DNA of 64,000 nucleotides from an uncultured Desulfocapsaceae bacterium (GTDB lineage Bacteria; Desulfobacterota; Desulfobulbia; Desulfobulbales; Desulfocapsaceae): NCBI GenBank assembly GCA_964558875.1, contig CAZLGM010000001.1, positions 5,447 to 69,446 of the forward strand, read 5' to 3'. Shown piece by piece: positions 54,111 to 64,000 of this stretch (position 1 is its first letter; each line of letters starts with the position of its first letter). The notes under the pieces were generated by a model. It saw only the letters and a program-made list of their open reading frames with translations, ran no database searches and was not told where the DNA came from. The position numbers and the translations under genes were made by a program.

Positions 54111-54186
54111 AGATTGCTTCGCTTCGCTCGCAACGACCAGATGAACATATGTCGTCGCGAGGGAGCGTAGTGACCGTGGCGATCTT
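54111..54186 (-). repeat. dispersed intergenic repeat, copy flanking the GIY-YIG gene (upstream side)
   Basis: The sequence is GATTGCTTCGCTTCGCTCGCAACGACCAGATGAACATATGTCGTCGCGAGGGAGCGTAGTGACCGTGGCGATCT. Confidence 0.7.
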
Positions 54187-54220
54187 AACAGTATACGGAT
54201 AGCGATTTGCGGCGCTCAAT

Positions 54221-55090
54221 CTAAAAAACAGATTTGCAAAGCTCACCAAGCCGGCCAAGATTCTCACACACATGAATACCGCTGTCCCGCATGGCCTTGA
54301 TTTTGGCGTCCGCCGTTCCCTGTCCGCCGCTGACAATCGCGCCGGCATGACCCATTCGTCTGCCCGGAGGAGCGGTAAGGCCGGCAATGAAGCCGACAAC
54401 CGGCTTGGACATGTTGCTGCTGATCCATTGGGCGGCTTCCTCTTCGGCATTTCCACCAATTTCGCCGACTATTACCAGGCCCTTGGTTTCATCATCTTTA
54501 TTAAACAGTTCCAGGCAATCGATGAAACTTGTGCCGTTAATGGGATCGCCCCCAATACCCAGGCAGGTTGTCTGACCCAGTCCCTGAAGGGTCAATTGAT
54601 GGACAACTTCATAGGTGAGGGTTCCCGAGCGGGAGACGACGCCCACCGGTCCACCCTCCATGTGGATATGGCCGGGCATGATGCCGATCTTGCACTGTCC
54701 GGGTGTGATAATACCGGGACAGTTCGGTCCGGTAAGCCGGGTTGGTTTGTCTTTGAGATAATTCTTGACCCTGACCATATCGAGTACCGGTATACCTTCG
54801 GTTATGCAAACGATCAGCTCAATTCCTGCATCGGTCGCTTCCAGAATGGCATCAGCGGCAAAGGGAGGGGGGACGAATATCATGGAGCTGTTGGCGCCGC
54901 TTTTTTCCCTGGCCTCTTTGACACTGTTATATACCGGGACACCATCACACTGGGTGCCTCCTTTGCCCGGAGTGACACCGGCAACGATGTTTGTTCCATA
55001 TTCCATGCAAAGAGCTGAGTGGAATCGTCCCTCTTTGCCTGTAATGCCCTGGACTAAAAGCCGTGTGTCGCTGCTGATGAGAATAGCCAT
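54221..55090 (-). CDS. sucD: succinate--CoA ligase (ADP-forming) alpha subunit
   Basis: It begins [14 protein letters not shown]...GVTPGKGG. It also has [20 protein letters not shown] and the catalytic-His loop [13 protein letters not shown]. Confidence 0.93.
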   Translation of the reverse strand: MAILISSDTRLLVQGITGKEGRFHSALCMEYGTNIVAGVTPGKGGTQCDGVPVYNSVKEAREKSGANSSMIFVPPPFAADAILEATDAGIELIVCITEGIPVLDMVRVKNYLKDKPTRLTGPNCPGIITPGQCKIGIMPGHIHMEGGPVGVVSRSGTLTYEVVHQLTLQGLGQTTCLGIGGDPINGTSFIDCLELFNKDDETKGLVIVGEIGGNAEEEAAQWISSNMSKPVVGFIAGLTAPPGRRMGHAGAIVSGGQGTADAKIKAMRDSGIHVCENLGRLGELCKSVF

Positions 55091-55092
55091 AA

Positions 55093-56313
55093 TTACTCGA
55101 TGGAAGGTGGAGGTGTTGTGGTTTCGTCGTCTGAATCGGATTCTGGAGACTGGCGATTATTCAACGGGCCAAACGGGCCGTCGACGACGACGGGTTGTTC
55201 ACTGGTCATTGTATTTTGGGTTTCGTTTTGTTGATTGCCGGTCTCTACCCGGGTTTTAAGATAGTCGACCGCCTCACCGCAGTGGTCGGTGAAAATACCG
55301 TCAACGCCTATTGTGAACAGAAAAAGTTCGATCAGTTCAGAGAAGTTGGCAACACTCTGAGGAAAATCGACCGGGTCATTCCTGAGAGTGTAGATATGAA
55401 CAGCCAAACCGATCTTTTTGGTTTTTTTGATAAAGTCAGGTCGTATCTCTACACCCGTTTCATCGATCAGCATCGATTGGTTCAGGCCGATGCCGTCAAC
55501 AATAAGGGAGAGGGCGCGCAGGCCGAATCCGGAAAACATCCAGTCATAATTATATGGTATCTGTCGGCCTCCCTGCTCGACCATGGTCTCTTCCCCATTA
55601 TTTGCGTCAATCAATTGAATCAGCTTGAGATCCATTCCCATCATGGGAAAGAGATCGTCACGAATTCGTTTGAGCTCGTCATGATCGAAGCACTGGAGGA
55701 AGAGGTTGTCCTGTTTTTGAGTGTAACCAAAGCGGTGCAGGATTTTCAGTACGGCCATGGTTATATCTTTTCCATGGTTTTTATGGAACCATACCTTTTT
55801 AATTTCCGGATAGATGCCGATAGTTTTTTTCAGCGTCTTTTCCAGGCCCCTGATAACGACCAGTTGTTCCTCAAATGTTGGAATGGTCAGCCCGGGATTG
55901 CCGAGATTGATGGGAAATCGAGTAGATCCTTCGGTTGAATCTTCATCGGTTGCCCAGGTTTGCGTCTCCTTCAGAGTCAACTGTTTAATCTCATCAAGGG
56001 TGAAGTCGATAACATAGAATCGGTCGTCTTCACGCTGACGGTCTGGGAACTTGTCAGCCACATCTGTCAGCCGGTCAAGGTACAGGTCATGGTAGACAAT
56101 CAACCTGTCGTCTTTGGTGAGGACCAGGTCCTGCTCGATATAATCGGCGTCCATCCCAATGGCCAGAACGGTTGAAGGCAGATTATGTTCCATCAGATAG
56201 CCTGAAGCGCCGCGGTGGGCGATGATAACCTTATCGTCTGCCATACAGGGAACCTGGATCTGAAAAAAGACTATCAGAAGAGTGCAAATAAGATAACGGG
56301 ATTGAAGAACCAT
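55093..56313 (-). CDS. glpQ: periplasmic glycerophosphodiester phosphodiesterase with a low-complexity C-terminal tail
   Basis: A signal peptide is present. [19 protein letters not shown]...[58 protein letters not shown] parallels E. coli GlpQ. Confidence 0.85.
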   Translation of the reverse strand: MVLQSRYLICTLLIVFFQIQVPCMADDKVIIAHRGASGYLMEHNLPSTVLAIGMDADYIEQDLVLTKDDRLIVYHDLYLDRLTDVADKFPDRQREDDRFYVIDFTLDEIKQLTLKETQTWATDEDSTEGSTRFPINLGNPGLTIPTFEEQLVVIRGLEKTLKKTIGIYPEIKKVWFHKNHGKDITMAVLKILHRFGYTQKQDNLFLQCFDHDELKRIRDDLFPMMGMDLKLIQLIDANNGEETMVEQGGRQIPYNYDWMFSGFGLRALSLIVDGIGLNQSMLIDETGVEIRPDFIKKTKKIGLAVHIYTLRNDPVDFPQSVANFSELIELFLFTIGVDGIFTDHCGEAVDYLKTRVETGNQQNETQNTMTSEQPVVVDGPFGPLNNRQSPESDSDDETTTPPPSIE

Positions 56314-56323
56314 CAGGGTTTCC

Positions 56324-57481
56324 TCAATTTGCTACCCTGGCCACTTTTTCCGCAGCGTCCCGGAGGTCTACTGCGTTAATCAGTTCAAGCCCGGAGTCGG
56401 CCAGGATTTTACGTCCCTCTTCCACGTTGGTGCCCTCCATCCGCACAACAACCGGTACGTTAATGCCAAGATTGGAGGCGGCCTGTACAATGCCCTGGGC
56501 CAGAATGTCACACCGAAAGATACCCCCGAAAATATTAATGAAGACAGCTTTTACATCTGCGTCGGCCAGGATAATCTTAAACCCCTTTTCCACCATCTCG
56601 GCATCGGCTGAGCCGCCGACATCAAGGAAGTTGGCGGGTGAGGCTCCTGCCTGCTTGATGATATCCATGGTGGCCATGGCCAGACCGGCGCCGTTGACCA
56701 TGTTGCCGACATTGCCGTCTAAATTGATATAGTTCAGGTTATACTTGGCAGCTTCCAGCTCTGCCGGATCTTCCTCATCCGGATCATGCATCTCACCGAT
56801 ATCCGGATGGCGGAACAGACTGTTGGAATCGATATCGATCTTGGCATCCAGTGCGTAGATCCTGTTATCTTCCGTGATGACCAGTGGATTGATTTCCAGC
56901 ATGGAACAGTCATACTCGACAAACAGCTTATAGAGCTGCCGGACAATGCGGCTGAATTCTTTCATCAGCCCACTGTCCAGCTCAAGTCCGAAACAGAGTT
57001 CCCGCAGATGGTACGACTGGATAGAGAGAAGCGGATGGATGGGTAGAGTAATAATGCGATCCGGGGTCTGGGCAGCCACTTCCTCGATATCCATGCCGCC
57101 TTCCCGGCTGCTGATGATGGAAATTGCGGCTTGAGACCGATCGATAATGAATGAGAGATACATCTCATCCCTGATCGATAAGCCCTGTTCCACCAATACT
57201 TTTTTCACCGTCCGGCCGCCGGGACCGGTCTGCTTGGTGACAAGGTTCATACCGACAATGGATTCCGCCGCCTCCCGGACATCGTCTTCGGACCGGGCAA
57301 GTTTAACTCCGCCGCCTTTGCCACGGCCGCCGGCATGGATCTGTGCTTTAACGACCACAGGCAGCAGAAGTTCTTTTGCCGCAGCGGCAACCTGGCCTGT
57401 AGTATAGCAGAGCCGCCCTTCCGGAACAGGGATTTCATATCGGCGGAACAGGTCCTTGGCCTGATATTCGTGAATTTTCAT
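56324..57481 (-). CDS. sucC: succinate--CoA ligase (ADP-forming) beta subunit
   Basis: The sequence reads MKIHEYQAKDLFRRYEIPVPEG...VVKAQIHAGGRGKGGGVKLA...NIFGGIFRCD. Confidence 0.93.
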   Translation of the reverse strand: MKIHEYQAKDLFRRYEIPVPEGRLCYTTGQVAAAAKELLLPVVVKAQIHAGGRGKGGGVKLARSEDDVREAAESIVGMNLVTKQTGPGGRTVKKVLVEQGLSIRDEMYLSFIIDRSQAAISIISSREGGMDIEEVAAQTPDRIITLPIHPLLSIQSYHLRELCFGLELDSGLMKEFSRIVRQLYKLFVEYDCSMLEINPLVITEDNRIYALDAKIDIDSNSLFRHPDIGEMHDPDEEDPAELEAAKYNLNYINLDGNVGNMVNGAGLAMATMDIIKQAGASPANFLDVGGSADAEMVEKGFKIILADADVKAVFINIFGGIFRCDILAQGIVQAASNLGINVPVVVRMEGTNVEEGRKILADSGLELINAVDLRDAAEKVARVAN

Positions 57482-57562
57482 CGTTGTCGCCTGGTGTCAG
57501 AAAACTGGTTGGTTGCGGCGGAGCTGGATGTACTCCGCCGCAATTTCAAGTAAAATAATGGA

Positions 57563-59461
57563 TCAAGACTTCTTAGGATAACCCATTTCAGATAACGCCT
57601 CGGTGATCTCAGTGAGGCTTTCCGGGTCATCGATGGTTGACGGCATGTTCCATTCCCTGCCGTCGGCAATGGCGCGCATAGTGGCACGCAGGATTTTTCC
57701 TGAACGGGTTTTCGGCAGCCGGACCACCTGGGATGCTTCCCTGAAACAGGCGATGGCGCCGATCTGCTTCCGAACCATTTGAACAAGATCGCTGAGGATG
57801 TCTTCGCTTGATTTTGTTACTCCTGCCTTGACAACAAAAAGACCTAAAGGCGACTGTCCTTTGAGCTGATCATTGATTCCGAAAACAGCACATTCGGCAA
57901 CATCAGGATGGGTGGCAATGACCTCTTCCATGGCTCCGGTGGACAACCGGTGACCGGCGATATTAATGACATCATCAATACGGCCCATGATGAAGACATA
58001 GCCATCCTCATCGATGTAGCCACCATCGCTGGTTTCATAATATCCAGGGAAGGCGGACATGTACGAGTCAATAAATCTCTCTTCATTACGCCACAATGTA
58101 GCCAGGGTGCCCGGGGGCAGAGGCAGCTTGACAACGATATTGCCCTCTTCACCGGCAGGAAGCGGGTTGCCGTCGTTATCAACGATCTGGACATTATAGC
58201 CGGGCATCGCTTTGGATGAGGATCCGGCTTTGACAGGCAACTCCTCAATACCTCTGCAGTTGCCGACAATGGCCCAGCCGGTTTCAGTCTGCCACCAGTG
58301 ATCAATGACCGGGACATTTAACAGGTCTGATGCCCAGTGATAGGTATCCGGGTCGAGGCGTTCACCGGCAAGATAGAGCGCCTCAAAACAGGAGAGGTCA
58401 TATTTCTTGAGCATTTCGCCGTTGGGATCTTCTTTTTTTATGGCCCTGAAGGCGGTTGGCGCAGTAAACAGGGCTTTGACACCATGTTGGGAAATCACTC
58501 GCCAGAAAGCGCCGGCATCGGGGGTACCGATGGGTTTGCCTTCATAGATGATGGTTGTTGCTCCCTTGAGCAGGGGGCCATAGATAATATAGGAGTGACC
58601 GACGACCCAGCCGACATCGGAGGCGGACCAGAACACATCACCCGAATCAATGTTGTAGAGATTTTTCATGGTCCAGTGGAGAGCAACCGCGTGACCTCCG
58701 TTATCTCTCAAAACCCCTTTGGGCATACCGGTTGTCCCGGAGGTATAGAGGATGTAAAGGGGATCGGTGGCTTCAACAGGCACGCAGTCAGCAGGAGAGC
58801 TGCCTGCAACCAGTTCGTTCCAGTCGATGTCTCTTCCTTCGGTCATATCGGCGGTGATGAAGTCTCGCTGCAAGACGACACATCTTTCCGGCTTATGGTC
58901 GGACATGTCGATGGCCTCATCAACAAGAGGCTTATAGGCAAGCTGTTTTTTGCCTTCAATGGCACCGGAGGCCGTGATGAGTACCTTCGGCTGGGCATGA
59001 TCAATGCGGACGGCCAGTTCATTGGCGGCAAAACCTCCAAAAACGACGGAATGAATGGCACCCAGCCGGGCACATGCCAGCATGGCAACGGCTGCCTCTG
59101 GAATCATTGGCATATATATAACAACAGTATCACCTTTAGTGACACCAAGTGACTGAAGAGCCCCGGCAAAGGTTGCCACCTTGTCCTGAAACTCTTTATA
59201 GGTGATTGTGATAATAGTGTCGGTGACGGGGGAGTCATAAATGATAGCGGCCTGATCCCCACGTCCATTTTCAACATGACGATCAATGGCATTGTAGCAG
59301 GTGTTCATCTTGCCGCCTGTAAACCAGCGATAGAATGGTGGGTTGGAGCTATCCAGCACCTTATCCCATTTTTGGTACCAGTCAATGCCACTGGCTGCCT
59401 CAGCCCAGAATTCTTCAGGATTATCAATTGAATTGGAAAAAACAGTATTGAAATCTGCCAT
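57563..59461 (-). CDS. prpE: AMP-forming acyl-CoA synthetase, propionate--CoA ligase-like (Acs/PrpE family)
   Basis: The start at Met 59461 gives MADFNTVFSNSIDNPEEFWAEAA. Other motifs are YMPMIPEAAVAMLACARLGAIHSVVFGGFA, YTSGTTGMPKG, LPKTRSGKILR and IDDPESL. The overall pattern is close to E. coli PrpE as I recall it. Confidence 0.8.
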   Translation of the reverse strand: MADFNTVFSNSIDNPEEFWAEAASGIDWYQKWDKVLDSSNPPFYRWFTGGKMNTCYNAIDRHVENGRGDQAAIIYDSPVTDTIITITYKEFQDKVATFAGALQSLGVTKGDTVVIYMPMIPEAAVAMLACARLGAIHSVVFGGFAANELAVRIDHAQPKVLITASGAIEGKKQLAYKPLVDEAIDMSDHKPERCVVLQRDFITADMTEGRDIDWNELVAGSSPADCVPVEATDPLYILYTSGTTGMPKGVLRDNGGHAVALHWTMKNLYNIDSGDVFWSASDVGWVVGHSYIIYGPLLKGATTIIYEGKPIGTPDAGAFWRVISQHGVKALFTAPTAFRAIKKEDPNGEMLKKYDLSCFEALYLAGERLDPDTYHWASDLLNVPVIDHWWQTETGWAIVGNCRGIEELPVKAGSSSKAMPGYNVQIVDNDGNPLPAGEEGNIVVKLPLPPGTLATLWRNEERFIDSYMSAFPGYYETSDGGYIDEDGYVFIMGRIDDVINIAGHRLSTGAMEEVIATHPDVAECAVFGINDQLKGQSPLGLFVVKAGVTKSSEDILSDLVQMVRKQIGAIACFREASQVVRLPKTRSGKILRATMRAIADGREWNMPSTIDDPESLTEITEALSEMGYPKKS

Positions 59462-59916
59462 AATAAAGGCCCCCTTATCTTGGGTTGATAGGTTTACGGA
59501 AAGAGTTCCGGGCCATGTCCGGTTAAACATGGAACCGGCTGTTCCCTGATCGGATGAAAATAAACGCGCATCTCGTTTTATACAGCAATGATTTTTTTAG
59601 TTCAAGAAGAACACCGGAGAATTTGCTAATTTCCGCAACCTGTAAATCCAAATAAATCGGTTCTTCATCATTTCTTCATGCTGAAATGATATCAATGGGA
59701 TTAATATGAGCGATGACAGACTGTCTAGACCTGGTTAAACTAATGCCCGTCCAGAAATGGCCTTTTTCTCCTAACTCTTCGTTGCAGAGAAAATTTTATT
59801 CTCGGAATATCAACTATATGCCTACGGCAAAATTGTCTCTACGACTCGATTTAGAAGAAAAATTCTCATTTCTGGACAGTCACTAAACTAGAATCCTGAG
59901 ATAAAAGGAGAAGAAT

Positions 59917-60549
59917 ATGTCGAAATTGAAACTGATGTTGGTCGTTCTGGTTGTTTCAACCTTCACTGCAAGTTCGATCCAGGCAAAATCGGAAGGAACA
60001 TTAGGATCGATCAGCGATACCCTGGCCATCGGCGTTCCGGCCTCAGCTTTTGTCCTTTCCTTTTATAATGATGGATTTGAAGAGGGGGTTACATTCGGCG
60101 TAACCCTTGCCGCTCAGGAGTTGTTTGTCGAAGGAGCCAAAGAGTTGATGTCGGAGACCGATATCGGCAGGCGGCCATCTGATGAAGAGGATGAAGAGAG
60201 CAAAGGGTTCATCTCAAGCCATGTCTCGGCTACCACCCTGGGAGCTATCCGACTATGGGAAATGTATCCGGAGAACAGATGGATACAAGGATTTTCAGTA
60301 CTTTCGGTGGCTCTGGTCGGCTATCAGCGAATTGACGGTGATCATCATACACCTCTACAGGTTGGCCTGGGAGTCGGTACAGCCTTTCTTTTCAACTGGA
60401 TTGGAGATACGGTGAGTGACTGGCTGGAGAAGAAAACGGCGGATTATCTGCCGCTGCAATCCGATGGTGTGAAGAACAGGTTGTTCTTCACCATGGGAAT
60501 GACGCCGGAAGGCTCTGGTGCTGTGGGATTTTTGACCTATACATTTTAA
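59917..60549 (+). CDS. secreted/membrane hypothetical protein (weak PAP2-phosphatase-like motifs)
   Basis: The signal peptide is MSKLKLMLVVLVVSTFTASSIQA. RRP...SSH...QRIDGDHH only loosely recalls the PAP2 motifs KxxxxxxRP/PSGH/SRxxxxxHxxxD. Confidence 0.5.
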   Translation: MSKLKLMLVVLVVSTFTASSIQAKSEGTLGSISDTLAIGVPASAFVLSFYNDGFEEGVTFGVTLAAQELFVEGAKELMSETDIGRRPSDEEDEESKGFISSHVSATTLGAIRLWEMYPENRWIQGFSVLSVALVGYQRIDGDHHTPLQVGLGVGTAFLFNWIGDTVSDWLEKKTADYLPLQSDGVKNRLFFTMGMTPEGSGAVGFLTYTF

Positions 60550-60581
60550 AGAGTGGGGTGTTTCAACAAAATCTACTCATA

Positions 60582-60662
60582 AGATCGCCACGGTCACGTT
60601 GTTCCCTCGCGACGACGTAAAGCTAATTCGGTCATTGCGAGGCCGAAGGCTGTGGCAATCTC
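60582..60662 (+). repeat. dispersed intergenic repeat, diverged copy
   Basis: The sequence is AGATCGCCACGGTCACGTTGTTCCCTCGCGACGACGTAAAGCTAATTCGGTCATTGCGAGGCCGAAGGCTGTGGCAATCT. Confidence 0.6.
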
Positions 60663-60694
60663 CTCCACGAATTCAGGTAAACTTTAAGTGATTT

Positions 60695-61375
60695 TCAGAA
60701 CATCAGTTCCTTGAAGTAGACAATGGATGGAAACTCGTCCGAGTAGTCGATGTCGAGCCGGGAGCTGGGTTTAGCCACATAAATGAGATGTTTGAGGCCG
60801 TAACTCCTGGCCGATTGGAGCACTTTTGCCGTATCGTCCGCCAGCATTGTCCGCTGTTTGTCAAAACCCAGGATTTCCTCGAGTTTCTGCCAGAAGACCG
60901 GCTGTTCTTTGGCCTCACCGACTTCCTGTGAACAGACAATCCGGTCAAACCATCTACCAAGCTCCGTCTTCCGCATCTTGATCTCCAGCGTCTTGGAGTG
61001 GGCATTGGTCACCAGATGGACGGTTTTTCCCTTTTGGCGCATCAATTTGAGAAAATCGATCACATAGGGATGAACCTTGATCAGATGATCCACCTTGCAT
61101 TTGAGTTCCGGAATGTCCAGGCCAAGCTGGGTCGACCAGTAATCGAGATCGGTCCATTCCAGGGTGTTTTCGACCCGCTTGTATCGTTTAAGCAGTTCTT
61201 TCCTGGCTTCAATGGGTGTGAGCCCGTTTTCAAGGGCAAATACTTCCGGAACATATTCTTCCCAGAAATAGTCGTCGAAATATTTATCCAGCAGGGTACC
61301 GTCCATATCGAGCAGGACGGTATCGATCTGTGACCAACCAAAATCCGGTTTGATCTGTTTATTGGATGGATTCAT
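60695..61375 (-). CDS. yrfG: HAD-superfamily hydrolase, GMP/IMP nucleotidase YrfG-like
   Basis: IDTVLLDMDGTLLDKYFDDYFWEEYVPE...LEWTDLDYWSTQLGLDI...LVTNAH...LADDT parallels E. coli YrfG. It overlaps the mfd stop by 17 nt. Confidence 0.75.
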   Translation of the reverse strand: MNPSNKQIKPDFGWSQIDTVLLDMDGTLLDKYFDDYFWEEYVPEVFALENGLTPIEARKELLKRYKRVENTLEWTDLDYWSTQLGLDIPELKCKVDHLIKVHPYVIDFLKLMRQKGKTVHLVTNAHSKTLEIKMRKTELGRWFDRIVCSQEVGEAKEQPVFWQKLEEILGFDKQRTMLADDTAKVLQSARSYGLKHLIYVAKPSSRLDIDYSDEFPSIVYFKELMF

Positions 61376-64000
61376 TATGAAGTTGCTTCAGTTCGTGAAG
61401 TATCGGTTGCATTGCTTTAAACAGGTCATCATTGTTTCCAGTGGAGCAGGGAAGGATAAGCCTTGAATCAGGAGTAAGGCGGGCTGTGGTGTTTTTCCTT
61501 GTGTGTTTTGTCTGAATGTAACTCAATAGTTTTTCCGGGTTTATCGGTGTTTCCGGCAAGAGACTAAAAACCAGAGAATCTTTTCCCTTTTCCAATTTGG
61601 TAATGCCAAGGGGGATCAGTTCTTTTTTCAGACCAACAATATCAAAAAGATTCCTGGTCTCCTGCGGCAGGGTGCCGAAACGGTCAACCAGCTCGTCTTG
61701 AAGATCAGCCATAGCGGCGCCATCCTCGCCAACCAGCGAAGAGATGCGACGGTAAAACTGGTAACGCTGATTGATGTCGCCGATATAGGTTTGCGGAATG
61801 TAAGCTGAAATTTGCAGGTTGATTTCCGGGTCAAGGTCATCGGCAGTTATTATCTCCGACTTTTGACCGGCTCGTTTCTTAATATCACCAATGGTCTTCT
61901 GCAAAAGATCAAGGTAAAGGTCATAACCGATGGCGGCGATATGTCCTGACTGGGAAACTCCAAGAATGTTACCACCGCCCCGGATCTGCAGATCGGACAT
62001 GGCCAGCTTGAAGCCGCCGCCCAGTTCACTGAAATCCATCAACGCCCGTAAGCGTTCCTTGGAGTCTTTGGACAGATGTTCAATGGACGGCACCAGCAGA
62101 TAGGCATATGACTGGAGGCTCGATCGACCAACTCTTCCTCGAAGCTGGTAAATTTCTGCAAGACCAAGCTGGTCAGCCCTGTTTATAATAATCGTATTGG
62201 CTGAGGGGATATCAAGACCTGACTCGATGATTGTGGTGCAGACCATCACATCGATTTCTTTGTTGACAAAAGCAACCATCACCTCTTCAAGGTCTTTGCC
62301 ATGCATCTGACCGTGGCCGACACCGACCCGAGCCGCTGGTACCAGCTTTTCGATGAGCGCGGCCATCCGGTCGATGGATTTGACCCGATTATGGACAACA
62401 AAGATCTGGCCGCCTCTGTTCATTTCCTTGATAACCGCCTCTTTAATGACCAGCTCGTCATACCGGGCAACAAAGGTCTTTACCGGCCTTCGGTGTTCGG
62501 GTGGGCTTGAGATAACCGAGAGGTCGCGAATACCCAGCAGGGACAATTGCAGGGTCCTTGGGATAGGGGTTGCGGTGAGGGTTAGGATATCGACTTCCGC
62601 TTTGATCTTTTTGATCTTTTCCTTATGGGTCACTCCAAACCGGTGCTCTTCATCGACGATCAGTAGTCCAAGTCGCTTATATTCGATGTCTTTTGAAAGC
62701 AGTCGATGGGTACCGATGATAATGTCGATTTTTCCTGTTCTCAGTTCGCGCACCATCTTTTTTTGGTTGGAAGCGCTTCTGAAGCGATTGATGCACTCAA
62801 CAGTGATTCCGAAACCGTCAAGCCGTTCCCGAAATGTTTTCAGGTGCTGTTCGGACAACACGGTTGTCGGCACCAGAACAGCAACCTGGTAGCCGTCTTC
62901 CACAACTTTAAAAGCAGCCCGGACGGCAACTTCCGTTTTGCCGTAGCCCACATCGCCGCAGACCAGCCGGTCCATCGGTTTATCCGAAGTCAGATCGGTT
63001 ATAGTCTCTGTGATTGCCTTGTCCTGTCCCGGAGTTTCATCGTATGCGAAGGACTCCTCTAATTCCTGATACATCTCCGCTGGAGCAGAGAAACGCTGGC
63101 CTTTACGCAGTTCACGTTTGGCGTAAATATCGAGCAGCTCCTGGGCAACTTTCCAGACCTCTTCCTTGACCTTTGTCTTGACCGCCCGCCAGGATTGGGA
63201 ACCCAGTTTGTCGATTTTCGGCCTGCGGTCGGAGAGTCCTTCATACCGGGTAATGAGATGCAGTCGGTCCACGGGCAGGTACAGTTTGTCGCCATCCCGA
63301 TATTCAATCAGCATGAAGTCATTTGGAATGCTATTCAGTGTCAGGGTGATGATGTCCCGATAAATACCTAAACCATGGGTCCGATGAACGACGATGTCGC
63401 CATGATTCAGCTCGCTGAAGGTGACCGGTTCACCTTGAGGGTGGCGAATCTTTTTGCGGGAGGTAATCCGTTTTTCTCCAAAAAGTTCGATCTCCGAGAA
63501 AATGTGAAGCTGTTCGTCTAAAAGCGAAAAACCGGAACTGAGCGGATGGGTGCAGAGAAACAGATTTTCGCTTTTTGGCAGAGTTTCAAGTTTCTCCGGG
63601 GTCAATGGCGGCTCGACAGGTATGACCTGCATTTGGTGACGCCCAAGCATGTCGCCGAGGGTTGCAGTATGTTTGGCCGACCGACCGCAGAGAACGACTC
63701 GACCTCCTTCATCCTGCAGCTTTGTCAACCGTGCTGCCAGTGGTGCAATGACACCTGACTTTCTTCGGTTGAGGTGGATATCCTGTTTGATCGGCTGGTG
63801 ATTGGAACAGCGAATAACCATGCTGTCCTCAACTTCAGTGTCAAAATCACTGCAGCGCAAAGATCGATAGGAGGAGAATTTTTTAGTGATGCTGTCACTT
63901 GGCAGGAATATCTTTTGCGGTTCCAGGGCTGGAAACCCACGTTCTTCAGCCGATACATAGTTGGCTTCAATTCGTTCATCAACCAGTTTGGCCGTCTCAT
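61359..64000 (-). CDS. mfd: transcription-repair coupling factor (N-terminus beyond the window edge)
   Basis: The CarD-like segment reads GDIVVHRTHGLGIY. The helicase motifs are DRLVCGDVGYGKTEVA, LLIVDEEHRFGV, LTATPIPRTL and QLRGRVGRS, and a TRG region is present. My translation shows the frame stays open from 63860 to 64000; the track's TTG 'start' is internal. Confidence 0.93.
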   Translation of the reverse strand, partial: ETAKLVDERIEANYVSAEERGFPALEPQKIFLPSDSITKKFSSYRSLRCSDFDTEVEDSMVIRCSNHQPIKQDIHLNRRKSGVIAPLAARLTKLQDEGGRVVLCGRSAKHTATLGDMLGRHQMQVIPVEPPLTPEKLETLPKSENLFLCTHPLSSGFSLLDEQLHIFSEIELFGEKRITSRKKIRHPQGEPVTFSELNHGDIVVHRTHGLGIYRDIITLTLNSIPNDFMLIEYRDGDKLYLPVDRLHLITRYEGLSDRRPKIDKLGSQSWRAVKTKVKEEVWKVAQELLDIYAKRELRKGQRFSAPAEMYQELEESFAYDETPGQDKAITETITDLTSDKPMDRLVCGDVGYGKTEVAVRAAFKVVEDGYQVAVLVPTTVLSEQHLKTFRERLDGFGITVECINRFRSASNQKKMVRELRTGKIDIIIGTHRLLSKDIEYKRLGLLIVDEEHRFGVTHKEKIKKIKAEVDILTLTATPIPRTLQLSLLGIRDLSVISSPPEHRRPVKTFVARYDELVIKEAVIKEMNRGGQIFVVHNRVKSIDRMAALIEKLVPAARVGVGHGQMHGKDLEEVMVAFVNKEIDVMVCTTIIESGLDIPSANTIIINRADQLGLAEIYQLRGRVGRSSLQSYAYLLVPSIEHLSKDSKERLRALMDFSELGGGFKLAMSDLQIRGGGNILGVSQSGHIAAIGYDLYLDLLQKTIGDIKKRAGQKSEIITADDLDPEINLQISAYIPQTYIGDINQRYQFYRRISSLVGEDGAAMADLQDELVDRFGTLPQETRNLFDIVGLKKELIPLGITKLEKGKDSLVFSLLPETPINPEKLLSYIQTKHTRKNTTARLTPDSRLILPCSTGNNDDLFKAMQPILHELKQLHNESIQ

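Noticed and set aside
54040-55259. ORFs 54040-54459 (-), 54272-55018 (+) and 54765-55259 (+)
   Set aside because: They lie antisense or out of frame to sucD, or run through the intergenic repeat. The peptide ...TVTTLPRDDICSSGRCERSEAIS is a repeat-derived artefact.
57478-57786. ORF 57478-57786 (-) between sucC and the acyl-CoA synthetase
   Set aside because: It overlaps the 3' end of the prpE-like gene out of frame. Its product is Arg/Ser/Pro-rich with no motif.

Overview
A 64-kb bacterial chromosomal window. It is rich in sigma-54 regulators, and a Desulfobacterota-like origin is only a guess. About 28 kb (15.6-43.3 kb, minus strand) is taken up by two tandem paralogous giant genes of about 3,930 and 5,250 codons. 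Each encodes a conserved N-terminal leader, an acidic Ser/Asp/Glu-rich tract and a DUF4347-like block. These are followed by 6 or 11 concatenated modules ('xSLREAI' head, parallel beta-helix GGxI/NSTISGN repeats, 'DNGGPTxTHAL...DQRG...DMGAYE' tail) and a shared unique C-terminal domain of about 140 aa. Each giant gene is broken by one in-frame stop codon at a position where sister modules encode Gln. On the same strand, a TolC-type outer-membrane gene and a TIGR03032/TPR gene lie upstream. An operon of two HlyD-type adaptors plus an M50 protease-HlyD fusion (frameshifted) lies downstream, facing a bactofilin/Lys-rich/AAA+ fusion gene. No ABC or RND pump is visible, so I flag the locus as a candidate uncharacterised export/surface system. 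The rest of the window holds a PAS-GAF kinase/NtrC pair next to Roadblock/LC7 genes with sigma-54 promoters. It also holds a GlrK-QseG-GlrR-like system followed by TGTC-N10-GACA sites, a sigma-54 promoter and a possible sRNA. Housekeeping genes are an FGGY kinase, an MBL-fold hydrolase, an aldo/keto reductase, sucC-glpQ-sucD, prpE-like, yrfG-like and mfd. There are also a GIY-YIG gene flanked by direct repeats, a dispersed repeat family and a MITE-like element. No rRNA, tRNA or CRISPR was recognised.
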